Source: Candidatus Eiseniibacteriota bacterium
Lineage (GTDB): Bacteria > Eisenbacteria > RBG-16-71-46
Assembly: GCA_963744995.1 (NCBI GenBank)
Contig: CAVUWA010000009.1
Location: 96,001-160,000, forward strand
DNA: 64,000 bases
Direction: 5' to 3'
The translations under genes were made by a program, and so were the position numbers. A model generated the notes under the pieces. The model was not told where the DNA came from, did not search any database, and saw nothing but the letters and a program-made list of their open reading frames with translations. The number at the start of each line of letters is the position of its first letter. Positions within the stretch are counted from its first letter, which is position 1. Below are positions 56,286 to 64,000 of the stretch, piece by piece.

Positions 56286-58316
56286 ATGGTTCGGCTGCAC
56301 GGGGCAATCACGGGGCTGATCGCGGCGACGCTGCTGGTCGGCGGGGGCGCGGCGGGCATGGCGCGGGCGGACGAGGCGCCCGATGCGCCGGCGGCGCCGC
56401 GCGAAAAGACACTCTCGCCCTATTTCGTCGTCGACGGCGGGGAGGCGAGCGGCGCCCGCCTGCCGCTCATCGGCACCGCGGTCCACGTCGACGTCGCCGG
56501 GGCGATCGCCGACGTGATCGTGAAACAGACCTATCGCAATGACGGCACTGCGCCGATTCACGCGAAGTACGTCTTCCCGGCCTCGACCCGCGCCGCGGTC
56601 CACGGTCTCACGATGATCGTCGGGCGCGAACGGATCACGGCCGAGATCCGCGAACGGGAACGCGCGAAGGCGGAGTTCGCGGCGGCGCAGAAGGCCGGCA
56701 AGAACGCCGCGCTGCTCGAGCAGCAGCGTCCGAACGTGTTCAGCATGGACGTCGCGAACGTGATGCCCGGGCAGACGATCGAGGTGGAGCTCTCCTACAC
56801 CGAGCTGCTGGTGCCGGATGCCGGCGTGTACGAGTTCGTCTATCCGACCGTGGTCGGCCCGCGCTACTCCGGCGAGAAGGCCGGGGGCGCGCCGGATCAC
56901 GACCGCTGGATCGCCTCGCCCTATGGGCGGGAAGGGCAGAAGCCGGCGTACACCCTGAGGCTCTCGGGGACGATCGGCGCGGGGCTGCCGATCGAGGGCC
57001 TCACCTGTCCGTCGCACCCGATCCTCACGCAGTGGATCGACCCCTCGCGCGTCCACGTGACGCTGGATCCCAACGAGGCGGACGGCGGCGACCGTGACTT
57101 CGTGCTGCGCTACCGCCTGGACGGCGGCCGGATCCGCACCGGGCTGCTGCTCTACGAGGGCATCGACGAGAACTTCTTCACGCTCATGCTGCAACCGCCC
57201 CGGCGCGTGACCGAGGCCGAGGTGCCGCCGCGCGAATACGTGTTCGTAGTCGACGTCTCGGGTTCTATGAACGGCTTCCCGCTCGGCGTCTCGAAGGTGC
57301 TGCTGCGCGACCTGATCGGACAGCTGCGGCCTGCGGATTCGTTCAATCTCGTGCTGTTCGCGGGCGCTTCGGCGCTGTGGTCGCCGCGCTCGCGCCCCGC
57401 GACGCGCGCCAACGTCGACGCGGCGATTCGCCTGCTGGACGCGCAGCGGGGCGGCGGCGGCACCGAGCTGCTCGCGGCCCTGCAGCGCGCGATGGCGCTG
57501 CCCGGGAAGGCGGGCGTCTCGCGCAGCGTCATCGTGGTCACCGACGGCTACATCGGCGCCGAGCGCGCGGTGTTCGAGCACATCGACGCCCACCTCGGCG
57601 ACGCCAACGTGTTCGCGTTCGGGATCGGCAGGAGCGTCAACCGTTATCTGATCGAAGGCATCGCCCACGCCGGCCAGGGCGAGGCGTTCGTCGTGCTCGA
57701 GCCGGACGAGGCGCCGGCCATCTCCCGCCGCTTCCGCGAATACGTGGAACATCCGGTGCTCACCGACATCCGCGTTTCGTTCGAGGGGCTGGACGCGTAC
57801 GACGTCGAGCCCGCCCAGGTCCACGATCTGTTCGCGGAACGGCCGATCGTGGTGCAGGGGAAGTGGCGCGGCCAGGCGAAGGGTCGAGTCGTCGTGCGCG
57901 GCGTGTCGGGCGAGGGCCCCTTCCAGCGCACGGTCGACGTCGCCCGGGTCGAGCCCGCCGACGAGAACCGTGCGCTGCGCCAGCTGTGGGCGCGCACCCG
58001 GATCGCGCGCATCTCGGACCACGCGGCGTTCGGGGTGGGCGAGGACGATCGGGACCGGCTCGTCGATCTCGGCCTGAAGTACGGCCTGCTCACCCGGTAC
58101 ACGTCGTTCGTCGCGGTGCGCGACGTGATCGTGAACCCGGGCGGCGCGGGCGACGACGTCGACCAGCCGCTGCCGCTGCCCTCCGGCGTCTCGAATCTGG
58201 CGGTCGGGATGCGTGTGGGCGACGAGCCGCCGCTCGCTCCGCTCGCGGGCGCGCTGGCGCTCGCGCTGCTCCTCGCATGGTGGCGGCGCGACCGCGCCCG
58301 GCGGGACGCGGCGTGA
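56286..58316 (+). CDS. Secreted VIT plus vWA domain protein with a C-terminal exosortase-type sorting signal
   Basis: AAGGAGG RBS, signal peptide, VIT (YVFP..AAV.G, ALLEQ.RPNVF), MIDAS DVSGS/TDG, and a tail GDEP-PLAPLAGALALALLLAWW-RRDRARR. Confidence 0.9.
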   Translation: MVRLHGAITGLIAATLLVGGGAAGMARADEAPDAPAAPREKTLSPYFVVDGGEASGARLPLIGTAVHVDVAGAIADVIVKQTYRNDGTAPIHAKYVFPASTRAAVHGLTMIVGRERITAEIRERERAKAEFAAAQKAGKNAALLEQQRPNVFSMDVANVMPGQTIEVELSYTELLVPDAGVYEFVYPTVVGPRYSGEKAGGAPDHDRWIASPYGREGQKPAYTLRLSGTIGAGLPIEGLTCPSHPILTQWIDPSRVHVTLDPNEADGGDRDFVLRYRLDGGRIRTGLLLYEGIDENFFTLMLQPPRRVTEAEVPPREYVFVVDVSGSMNGFPLGVSKVLLRDLIGQLRPADSFNLVLFAGASALWSPRSRPATRANVDAAIRLLDAQRGGGGTELLAALQRAMALPGKAGVSRSVIVVTDGYIGAERAVFEHIDAHLGDANVFAFGIGRSVNRYLIEGIAHAGQGEAFVVLEPDEAPAISRRFREYVEHPVLTDIRVSFEGLDAYDVEPAQVHDLFAERPIVVQGKWRGQAKGRVVVRGVSGEGPFQRTVDVARVEPADENRALRQLWARTRIARISDHAAFGVGEDDRDRLVDLGLKYGLLTRYTSFVAVRDVIVNPGGAGDDVDQPLPLPSGVSNLAVGMRVGDEPPLAPLAGALALALLLAWWRRDRARRDAA

Positions 58317-58897
58317 AAGCGGCGCGAGGTCGCAGGTGGTGCGCGGGCGCTGCAGCGGGCGCCCGCGCCCGCGGCCGGCTGCGCATGGCGCTCGTCGCCG
58401 CCGCCGCACTCGGGGCCGCCGCGTGGCTCAAGCTCTACTATCACGGGGCCGACTTCGACCATCTGCGCTGGCTGATCGATCCCAGCGCGCACGCGGCGGG
58501 CGCGCTCGCTGCGGCCACGTTCGAGCTCGAGGCGCATCACGGCTGGCTCGCACGCGAAGCGCGCTTCGAGATCGTGCCGGCGTGCGCGGGGATGAACTTC
58601 CTGATCATCGCGTTCCTGAGCGTCGTCGCCGCGGGACTGCACCGCACACGGTCGCTCGGCGCCGGTGTGGCGCTGCTCGCCGCGGCGTTCGCGGCCGCAT
58701 CCGTCACGACGGTGCTCGCCAATGCCGTGCGCATCGCGATCGCGTTGCGCATGCACGAGGCGGCGCTCGCGATCGGGCCGCTGACACCCGACCGCCTGCA
58801 TCGCGCCGAAGGCGTGATCGTGTTCTTCGGCTTCCTGCTCGCGCTGTTCGCGGGCGCCGGGCGGGTCGCGCGGGGGCGGCATGCGGACGCGCGCTGA
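58313..58897 (+). CDS. xrtK: Exosortase K-like transpeptidase (catalytic N-terminal portion)
   Basis: LKLYY...LRWLI.P, FEIVPACAGMNF (Cys), ANAVRI (Arg), LHRAEG (His). GTGA coupling to the VIT gene. Alternative ATG at 58385. Confidence 0.8.
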   Translation: MKAARGRRWCAGAAAGARARGRLRMALVAAAALGAAAWLKLYYHGADFDHLRWLIDPSAHAAGALAAATFELEAHHGWLAREARFEIVPACAGMNFLIIAFLSVVAAGLHRTRSLGAGVALLAAAFAAASVTTVLANAVRIAIALRMHEAALAIGPLTPDRLHRAEGVIVFFGFLLALFAGAGRVARGRHADAR

Positions 58898-59120
58898 GCG
58901 GCGCCGCGGCGGGGCGCGGCTCTGGATTCCATTTGCGATCTACGTGGCGGTGACGTGCGTCCTCCCGCTCGCACGGCATGCCGATCGGCGGGACGGGTTC
59001 TGGGAGCACGCGGCGATGACGCTGCTGCTGCCGGCGGCGATGATGCTGGCGTGGATCGCGGCGCGTCGCGTGCGTGCCGCGCTGCGTGAGGGTGTGCGGC
59101 GCACAGGCCGGGGGGCCTGA
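58881..59120 (+). CDS. Small 2-TM protein resembling the C-terminal part of exosortase K
   Basis: WIPFAIYVAVTCVLPL...FWEHA. Overlaps the xrtK 3' end by 17 nt. Confidence 0.6.
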   Translation: MRTRAERRRGGARLWIPFAIYVAVTCVLPLARHADRRDGFWEHAAMTLLLPAAMMLAWIAARRVRAALREGVRRTGRGA

Positions 59121-59231
59121 GCGCACCTGTGCGTGCATGACGCCCGCGCCCCGGGCGGTGGGAGCGCGTTGCCGAGCGGTCCCTCGATTCCGCACGTGTG
59201 CACGCGCCCGGCCGCGGGTAGACTGGTGCGC

Positions 59232-60611
59232 ATGTCGGACTCCCCACGTGCAGGCGCCCGCGGCGGACCGGGCGCCCCGGTGCGGCGGTCACGGGCTGCG
59301 CTCCGCCGCGTGCTCGCGCGCGGCGTGCCGCTGATGGCAGTCGTGCTGGCATGGGCGTCGATGGGTGCGCGCGGCGGGCCTCCGCAGCATCGCGTGGGGC
59401 AGATGTCGTCGTCCGACTACGGCTTCCTGCGCGATGCGCTGCTGCCGGCGGCGGGCGATTCCACCGACCGCGACGCGGTGGATGCGCGGCTGCGGGAGTT
59501 CGAGTCCCGCTACCCCGGCGAGCCGCGGGTCGCCCACGCCCGTCTGCTGTGGCTGCTCCACGAACCACGTCCGTTCCGGGCCGTCGCCCCCTCGGTCGAC
59601 TCGCTGCTCGCGCTCGTGATGCCGCGCATGGGAGGACGCTGGGTGGCGTTGCGCTGCCTGGAGGTGGTGGACGCCCTGAAGCGGCGCGGCGAGAGCCCTG
59701 CGTCGGTCGAGCGCTATGCGGAGCGCGCGGTGGCCTGGGCGGAAACGCACTCCGATCAACTCTACGGGTCTTCCTATCTGCCCGACGCCGAGGCGCGCGC
59801 CTATCGTGCGCTCGGCGAGGCGCGCTGGGCGGTGGGCAAGCGGGAACAGGCGCTCGCCGCGCTGCGCGAGGCGACACTGCGGGTCGAGGACGAGGCGGCC
59901 TCGATCAGGCCGGCGATGTGGGCCGCTTACGCGCGGCGCCTGCACGAGTCGGGGCGCACGGACGAGGCGCTCGGCGCCTGGTTCGAGGCCGCCTGCATGC
60001 CGTCCGCGGGGGCGAACGTCGACGCCGAGACGGCGGCGCTGCGCGCGGCGTGGATCGAACGCTTCGGCAGCGCCGAGGGACTCGGGGCGCGGATCGAAAC
60101 GGCGCGCCGTACGTGGCGGGCCTGGCCGCTCGGGATGGGAAGCTTCCCGGTCAGGGACCGGCGCGCCCCGGACGCGGAACTCGAGCGCCTCGGCGGGGGC
60201 CGCATGCGTCTGGGCGAGATGCGTGGCCGGCCGCTCGTCCTCGTGTTCTGGGGCAGCTGGTCGGCGCCGAACCGGGCGGCGGTGCGACTCGCCGAAGCGT
60301 GGCATCGCATGCCGAACGCGCGTGCCCGTGTGGTGACCATCGACTGGGAGCTGCCGGGCCCGGGTGATCTCGGCCGCACGCTGGCGCGCGCGTGCGCCGC
60401 GCGCGAAAGCCTGACCGTGCCGGTGCTGCTCGATCCCGACGGCGCCGTCTTCCGCTCGTTCGCGCTCCAGGGTTACCCGGCGTTCGTGCTGGTCGATGCC
60501 GCGGGAAACGTGGGCTCGAAGACGATCGGGCTCGTGGAGAACTTCAACGGCTCCCACCGGCTCGTCGACTCGCTGGATGTGAAGGTGCGGGCATTCATGA
60601 CGGCGCCGTGA
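59232..60611 (+). CDS. TPR-like helical region plus TlpA/redoxin-fold domain lacking CxxC
   Basis: APDAEL..LGG..MRL.EMRGRPLVLVFWGSWSAPN, VLLD, GYPAFVLVDAAG. Start uncertain. Confidence 0.75.
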   Translation: MSDSPRAGARGGPGAPVRRSRAALRRVLARGVPLMAVVLAWASMGARGGPPQHRVGQMSSSDYGFLRDALLPAAGDSTDRDAVDARLREFESRYPGEPRVAHARLLWLLHEPRPFRAVAPSVDSLLALVMPRMGGRWVALRCLEVVDALKRRGESPASVERYAERAVAWAETHSDQLYGSSYLPDAEARAYRALGEARWAVGKREQALAALREATLRVEDEAASIRPAMWAAYARRLHESGRTDEALGAWFEAACMPSAGANVDAETAALRAAWIERFGSAEGLGARIETARRTWRAWPLGMGSFPVRDRRAPDAELERLGGGRMRLGEMRGRPLVLVFWGSWSAPNRAAVRLAEAWHRMPNARARVVTIDWELPGPGDLGRTLARACAARESLTVPVLLDPDGAVFRSFALQGYPAFVLVDAAGNVGSKTIGLVENFNGSHRLVDSLDVKVRAFMTAP

Positions 60612-60736
60612 GCGCCGGATCGTTCGGAGACGGTGCGCCCGCTCCGAGGTTGCGCCTGGGGATTTACCTCGCTGCACGGCTTCGTGCGGGGCGTTGCAGC
60701 GACCGGGAAAGTCACGGTCCTCAGGCAGTCGGGAGT

Positions 60737-60812
60737 TGGCGTCCCCAACGAGATTTGAACTCGTGTCGCCGCCGTGAAAGGGCGGTGTCCTAGACCCCTA
60801 GACGATGGGGAC
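60737..60812 (-). tRNA. tRNA-Glu (anticodon UUC), CCA encoded
   Basis: GTCCCCATCGTCTAGGGGTCTAGGACACCGCCCTTTCACGGCGGCGACACGAGTTCAAATCTCGTTGGGGACGCCA, a 76-nt cloverleaf. Confidence 0.97.
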
Positions 60813-60829
60813 GCGCAAATCGAGGCGGT

Positions 60830-60858
60830 AAGTTAGGCGAGAAGCGCGCCCGTGGCAA
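60830..60858 (-). promoter_or_regulatory. Sigma70-type promoter of tRNA-Glu
   Basis: TTGCCA-17 nt-TAACTT immediately upstream of the tRNA. Confidence 0.65.
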
Positions 60859-60934
60859 GCGGTGCGGGAGTGCCCCGCGAAGGGCGAGGATACGCGCCGG
60901 AACGCGGGCCGCGCCCGGCGCCGGTGAGCCCGCC

Positions 60935-63427
60935 TCAGCGGTCGCCGGCGATGGGAAGCACGCGCGCTTCGTCCACGAGGCCCTTCGAGATCAGGTCGCT
61001 GGCGGCGCGTTCGGCGGCGCTGCGCGTCGGGAAACTGCCGAGCGACACGCGATACATCGTGACGCGGTCTTCGTGCACGGGGCTCACCTGCGCGACATAC
61101 TCCGCGGCGGTGTCGAGTCTGGTCTGCTCCCGCTTCGCGCGTGGTTCGTTGAGGTAGGTGCCGACGGCAATGATGTAGTGGACCGAAGGCGCGGGCGGCG
61201 GGATTCCGGCGGGCTCGGCCGGCGCGGGTTCCGACCCGGGCGGCGTCCTCTGCGGGGCCGCATCCCCGGAGTTCGTGGCCGCTCCCGCGCTCCCCGGCCC
61301 GGGCGGTGTGGTCCGCCTTCCTGTCACGCCCGCCTGTGGATCGGCGGCCGTTCCGGACTCCCCTGACGTTGCGGCCGGGGCTTCGTCACCGGGGGAGGCA
61401 GGGGGCACGACATCTTCCGAAACGGGCGGTGCGGGTCGCGAGAAGAACATCTTCTGTGCGATCGCCGCGCCGGCGATCACGACGATCAGCAGGCCGGCCG
61501 CGATCATGAGTCGCGTCGGCAGCGGGCTGCGCTCGCGCGGTGCCCCGGCGTCGCGCGCCATCTTCTCCCGCAGCCTGGGCGGCAACGTGGGGAGCGGCGC
61601 CTGTTCATCGAAGCGTCGCGGCCTGCGCGTGGTCCGTGCATCGGCGGTTGCGGCCGCCGCGGGCGTCACTTCGGCCGCCGGTCCGCGAACCTCCACGCCC
61701 GCGTGGCTCTCGGGTCGTGCAGACTGCGCGCGGCGCAGCGCCTCCGCGAAAGCGGAGCTCGGTGCCGCCGGTTCCACCACGGGTTCGCCCGGCGCTTTGC
61801 TCTCGAGGGCGGCGGGCTCGTTAGCGGGCGATTCGGGCAGCGACGGCCGTTCGCTTTCGAGCGTGGGAGGGCCGCTCTCTTCGATTCGTTCCTCGCCCGC
61901 TGCTTCCTCGACCCCGCGTGGCGTGGACTTCGGAGCCGCCCCACCGGCGACTTCCGTCGCTGTGCCTTCGACCTCGTCGGCGAGGGACTTGAACCACGAT
62001 TTCCAGTCGTCGCCCGATGCGGCCGGCGCAGGCGGCGGCGGCGCGGCCATGGTCTCCTCACCACGCCTGACCTCGAGGCGCGGCGGTCCGCTCTCGGGCT
62101 CGGGCGGCAGGTTGGACTCGACCTCGTCCTCGTCTTCATCGTCCACCAAATCGCTGGAGGGCGCGTCGGCTTCGAGGCGCGGCGGTCCGGTTTCTGGTTC
62201 CGCCGGCAGGTCGGCCTCGTCTTCATCGTCCACCAAATCGCTGGAGGGCGCGTCGGCTTCGAGGCGCGGCGGGCCGCTCTCGGGCTCGGGCGGCAGTTCG
62301 GCCTCGTCTTCGTCTTCGTCGTCCGCGAAATCGCCGGAGGGCGCGTCGGCCTCGAGGCGCGGCGGTCCGGTCTCCGGAATCGGTGCCTCGAACGCCGCCG
62401 GTTCCGCGCGGCGTGCGTGCGGCGCCGCCGGAGCCGACCCAGGTGCTTCGGGCGTGGATGCGGTCGGCCCCGGCTTGTCGCCGGCCGGTGCGGCCGGCGG
62501 CAGCGCGGGGGCGCGCATTTCGCGTTCCGGCGGTGGCGCGGCGCCGGGGACGGTCGGGCCCTGGCGGCGCTCCACCGCGGGTGGAATGTTGCGGGTGCGG
62601 CGCTCCTTGCCGAGCACGCTCTGGAACTCCAGCTCCTGCGCCGCGGCGCGCACGTGATCGGGAGTCACCGCGGGCGCGCCCTCGACGAACGCGCAGATCA
62701 TCGCCTGCGAGCACAGGTGGTTCATCTCGCGCGGAATGCCATGGGTCAGGCGGTACACCTCGGCACACGCGTCGGGCGGAAAGATGCTCAGCGCGTGGCC
62801 GCCGGCGACGGCGATGCGATGGTGGACGTAGCGCTCCGAGTCCTGGGCGCCGAGCGGGCGCAGCCGGTAGTGGATGGCGATACGCTGGCGCAGCTGGCGC
62901 AGGTCCGGAAGGCTGAGGCGGCCCTCGAGCTCGGGCTGGCCGACGAGGAAGATCTGCACGAGTTTCTCGCCGCCGGCTTCGAGGTTCGACAGCAGGCGGA
63001 TCTCCTCGAGCAGCTCGCGTTCGAGGTTCTGTGCTTCGTCGAGCAGCAGGATCGCGCGATGCCCTTCCTGGTGGATCGCGAGCAGGTGCTGCTCGAGCGC
63101 CACCATGATGTGCGGCTTGCTGGCGCCGGCGGGTACCGCGAGGCCGAGTCGCAGCGCGATCTCCTCGAGCAGTTCGGCGCGGGTGAGCGAGGAGTTGGTG
63201 ATGAGCCCGACGATTGCGCGGCCCTCCCACTCGGACAGCGCGTCGAACAGCGCGGTCGTCTTGCCGGTGCCGACTTCCCCGGTGATCAGGACGAACGGTT
63301 CGCGGTTCTCGATCCCGTAGCGCAGGTGCGCGAGCGCTTCCTGATGCTCGGGGCTCGGATAGATGTAGCGCGTCTGGTGGGCCGCGACGAAGGGGTTCTC
63401 GCGCAGTCCGAAGTGACTTTCAAACAT
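60935..63427 (-). CDS. ExeA/GspA-like AAA ATPase with long acidic Pro-rich linker, TM helix and C-terminal SPOR domain
   Basis: FGLRENPF, GEVGTGKTT, LLLDEAQNL, LVGQPEL, LRQRI, GIPREMN, TM LMIAAGLLIVVIAGAAIA, SPOR-like YIIAVGTY...YRVSLGSF. Confidence 0.9.
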   Translation of the reverse strand: MFESHFGLRENPFVAAHQTRYIYPSPEHQEALAHLRYGIENREPFVLITGEVGTGKTTALFDALSEWEGRAIVGLITNSSLTRAELLEEIALRLGLAVPAGASKPHIMVALEQHLLAIHQEGHRAILLLDEAQNLERELLEEIRLLSNLEAGGEKLVQIFLVGQPELEGRLSLPDLRQLRQRIAIHYRLRPLGAQDSERYVHHRIAVAGGHALSIFPPDACAEVYRLTHGIPREMNHLCSQAMICAFVEGAPAVTPDHVRAAAQELEFQSVLGKERRTRNIPPAVERRQGPTVPGAAPPPEREMRAPALPPAAPAGDKPGPTASTPEAPGSAPAAPHARRAEPAAFEAPIPETGPPRLEADAPSGDFADDEDEDEAELPPEPESGPPRLEADAPSSDLVDDEDEADLPAEPETGPPRLEADAPSSDLVDDEDEDEVESNLPPEPESGPPRLEVRRGEETMAAPPPPAPAASGDDWKSWFKSLADEVEGTATEVAGGAAPKSTPRGVEEAAGEERIEESGPPTLESERPSLPESPANEPAALESKAPGEPVVEPAAPSSAFAEALRRAQSARPESHAGVEVRGPAAEVTPAAAATADARTTRRPRRFDEQAPLPTLPPRLREKMARDAGAPRERSPLPTRLMIAAGLLIVVIAGAAIAQKMFFSRPAPPVSEDVVPPASPGDEAPAATSGESGTAADPQAGVTGRRTTPPGPGSAGAATNSGDAAPQRTPPGSEPAPAEPAGIPPPAPSVHYIIAVGTYLNEPRAKREQTRLDTAAEYVAQVSPVHEDRVTMYRVSLGSFPTRSAAERAASDLISKGLVDEARVLPIAGDR
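62073..62377. repeat. In-frame tandem repeat (about 3.3 units of 87-99 bp) in the ExeA linker
   Basis: tcgaggcgcggcgg recurs at 62073, 62172, 62259 and 62352. Encodes PE(T/S)GPPRLEADAPS(G/S)D..DDEDE. Confidence 0.9.
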
Positions 63428-63510
63428 GCATCATCCCATCGGGACGGGGCCTGCCATCGGATAGGGCTCCCTGATGTGATCGGCAGGGGGAGGGCCGATC
63501 TTGTGCGCGA

Positions 63511-64000
63511 TCAGCCGCGCTCCGCAGGCAGCAGTTCTCCGATCGAGAACAGCGCGGTGAATGGCAGCCCGCGCTGCTGGAAGATCTGCGATGCGCCCTG
63601 GCCGCGGTCCACGACCGCAAGCACGCGCACGACCTCCGCTTTGTACGACTCGGCTGCTTCTGCCGCCACCAGGGCGCTCTCGCCGCTGGTGATCACGTCG
63701 TCGAGAATGACGACGCGCTTGTGACCCGCCAGGTTGCCCTCGACCTGGCTGCGCGTGCCGTGGTCCTTGAGATTGCGGCGCACGAGAAAGCCTTCGAGCG
63801 GCTTGCCGGCGTCGAGGCTGTGCCACATCACGCCGGCGACGAGCGGATCCGCGCCCATCGTCAGCCCGCCGATCGCGGTGACGCGATCCTTCTCGATGAT
63901 CTCGTAAAACATGCGCGCGATCATCCGCAGCCCCTCGGGATGCAGACTCGTCTTGCGCACGTCGATGTAGTAGTTGGAGGTCGCGCCCGAGCTGAGGACG
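63511..64000 (-). CDS. pyrE: Orotate phosphoribosyltransferase (5' end beyond the window)
   Basis: LSSGATSNYYIDVRK, GGLTMGADP, KDHGT, VILDDVITSGES PRPP motif, VVDR. Confidence 0.93.
   Translation of the reverse strand, partial: VLSSGATSNYYIDVRKTSLHPEGLRMIARMFYEIIEKDRVTAIGGLTMGADPLVAGVMWHSLDAGKPLEGFLVRRNLKDHGTRSQVEGNLAGHKRVVILDDVITSGESALVAAEAAESYKAEVVRVLAVVDRGQGASQIFQQRGLPFTALFSIGELLPAERG

Noticed and set aside
60258..60272. Selenocysteine recoding in the TlpA-like active site
   Set aside because: No in-frame TGA. The codons are Ser and Asn.
54900..60812. Possible genomic island at the 3' end of tRNA-Glu
   Set aside because: No integrase, no duplicated tRNA 3' end that I could find, and no obvious compositional shift.
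62073..62377. Repeat array as CRISPR
   Set aside because: Units are in-frame coding repeats with similar rather than unique spacers, and there are no cas genes.
1..64000. Many long antisense or alternative-frame ORFs (e.g. 13378..18774 -, 25544..28669 +, 50588..54157 +, 42846..45659 -)
   Set aside because: Arg/Gly/Ala-rich shadow ORFs expected at this GC content. They overlap well-supported genes and have no motifs.

Overview
High-GC (roughly 70% by eye), gene-dense bacterial chromosomal segment with about 45 CDS and one tRNA-Glu(UUC). No CRISPR array, integrase or transposase is visible. Many exported proteins end in FlgD-Ig/T9SS-like C-terminal domains, which suggests a diderm of the FCB-adjacent lineages, for example Eisenbacteria-like (inference only). 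Housekeeping genes include an acyl-CoA dehydrogenase, ggt, a fused 2-oxoacid dehydrogenase E1, miaB/queF, aceB-aceA, rpmB, pilT/pilU, an RND pump, an ExeA-SPOR protein and pyrE. The strongest candidate for an undescribed system is a 9.4-kb cluster of exported proteins (29995-39405). It has two paralogous FG-GAP/ASPIC-UnbV proteins, a blue-copper lipoprotein, two His/Trp-decorated NHL propeller lipoproteins and an MbnP-MbnH pair with a non-canonical Trp motif. No methanobactin genes are in the window, and an OmpR/PhoB-type operator candidate sits in its divergent promoter. Other highlights are a sigma54-type promoter ahead of a VIT-vWA protein with a GDEP-TM-basic tail and a split exosortase K, a degenerate PilB-like pseudo-ATPase ahead of pilT-pilU, and a Cys-less TlpA-like protein. 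There is also a 41-bp duplicated piece of miaB, and indel lesions in ggt and aceB that look like long-read consensus errors. All family assignments come from motifs recognised by eye, not database searches.
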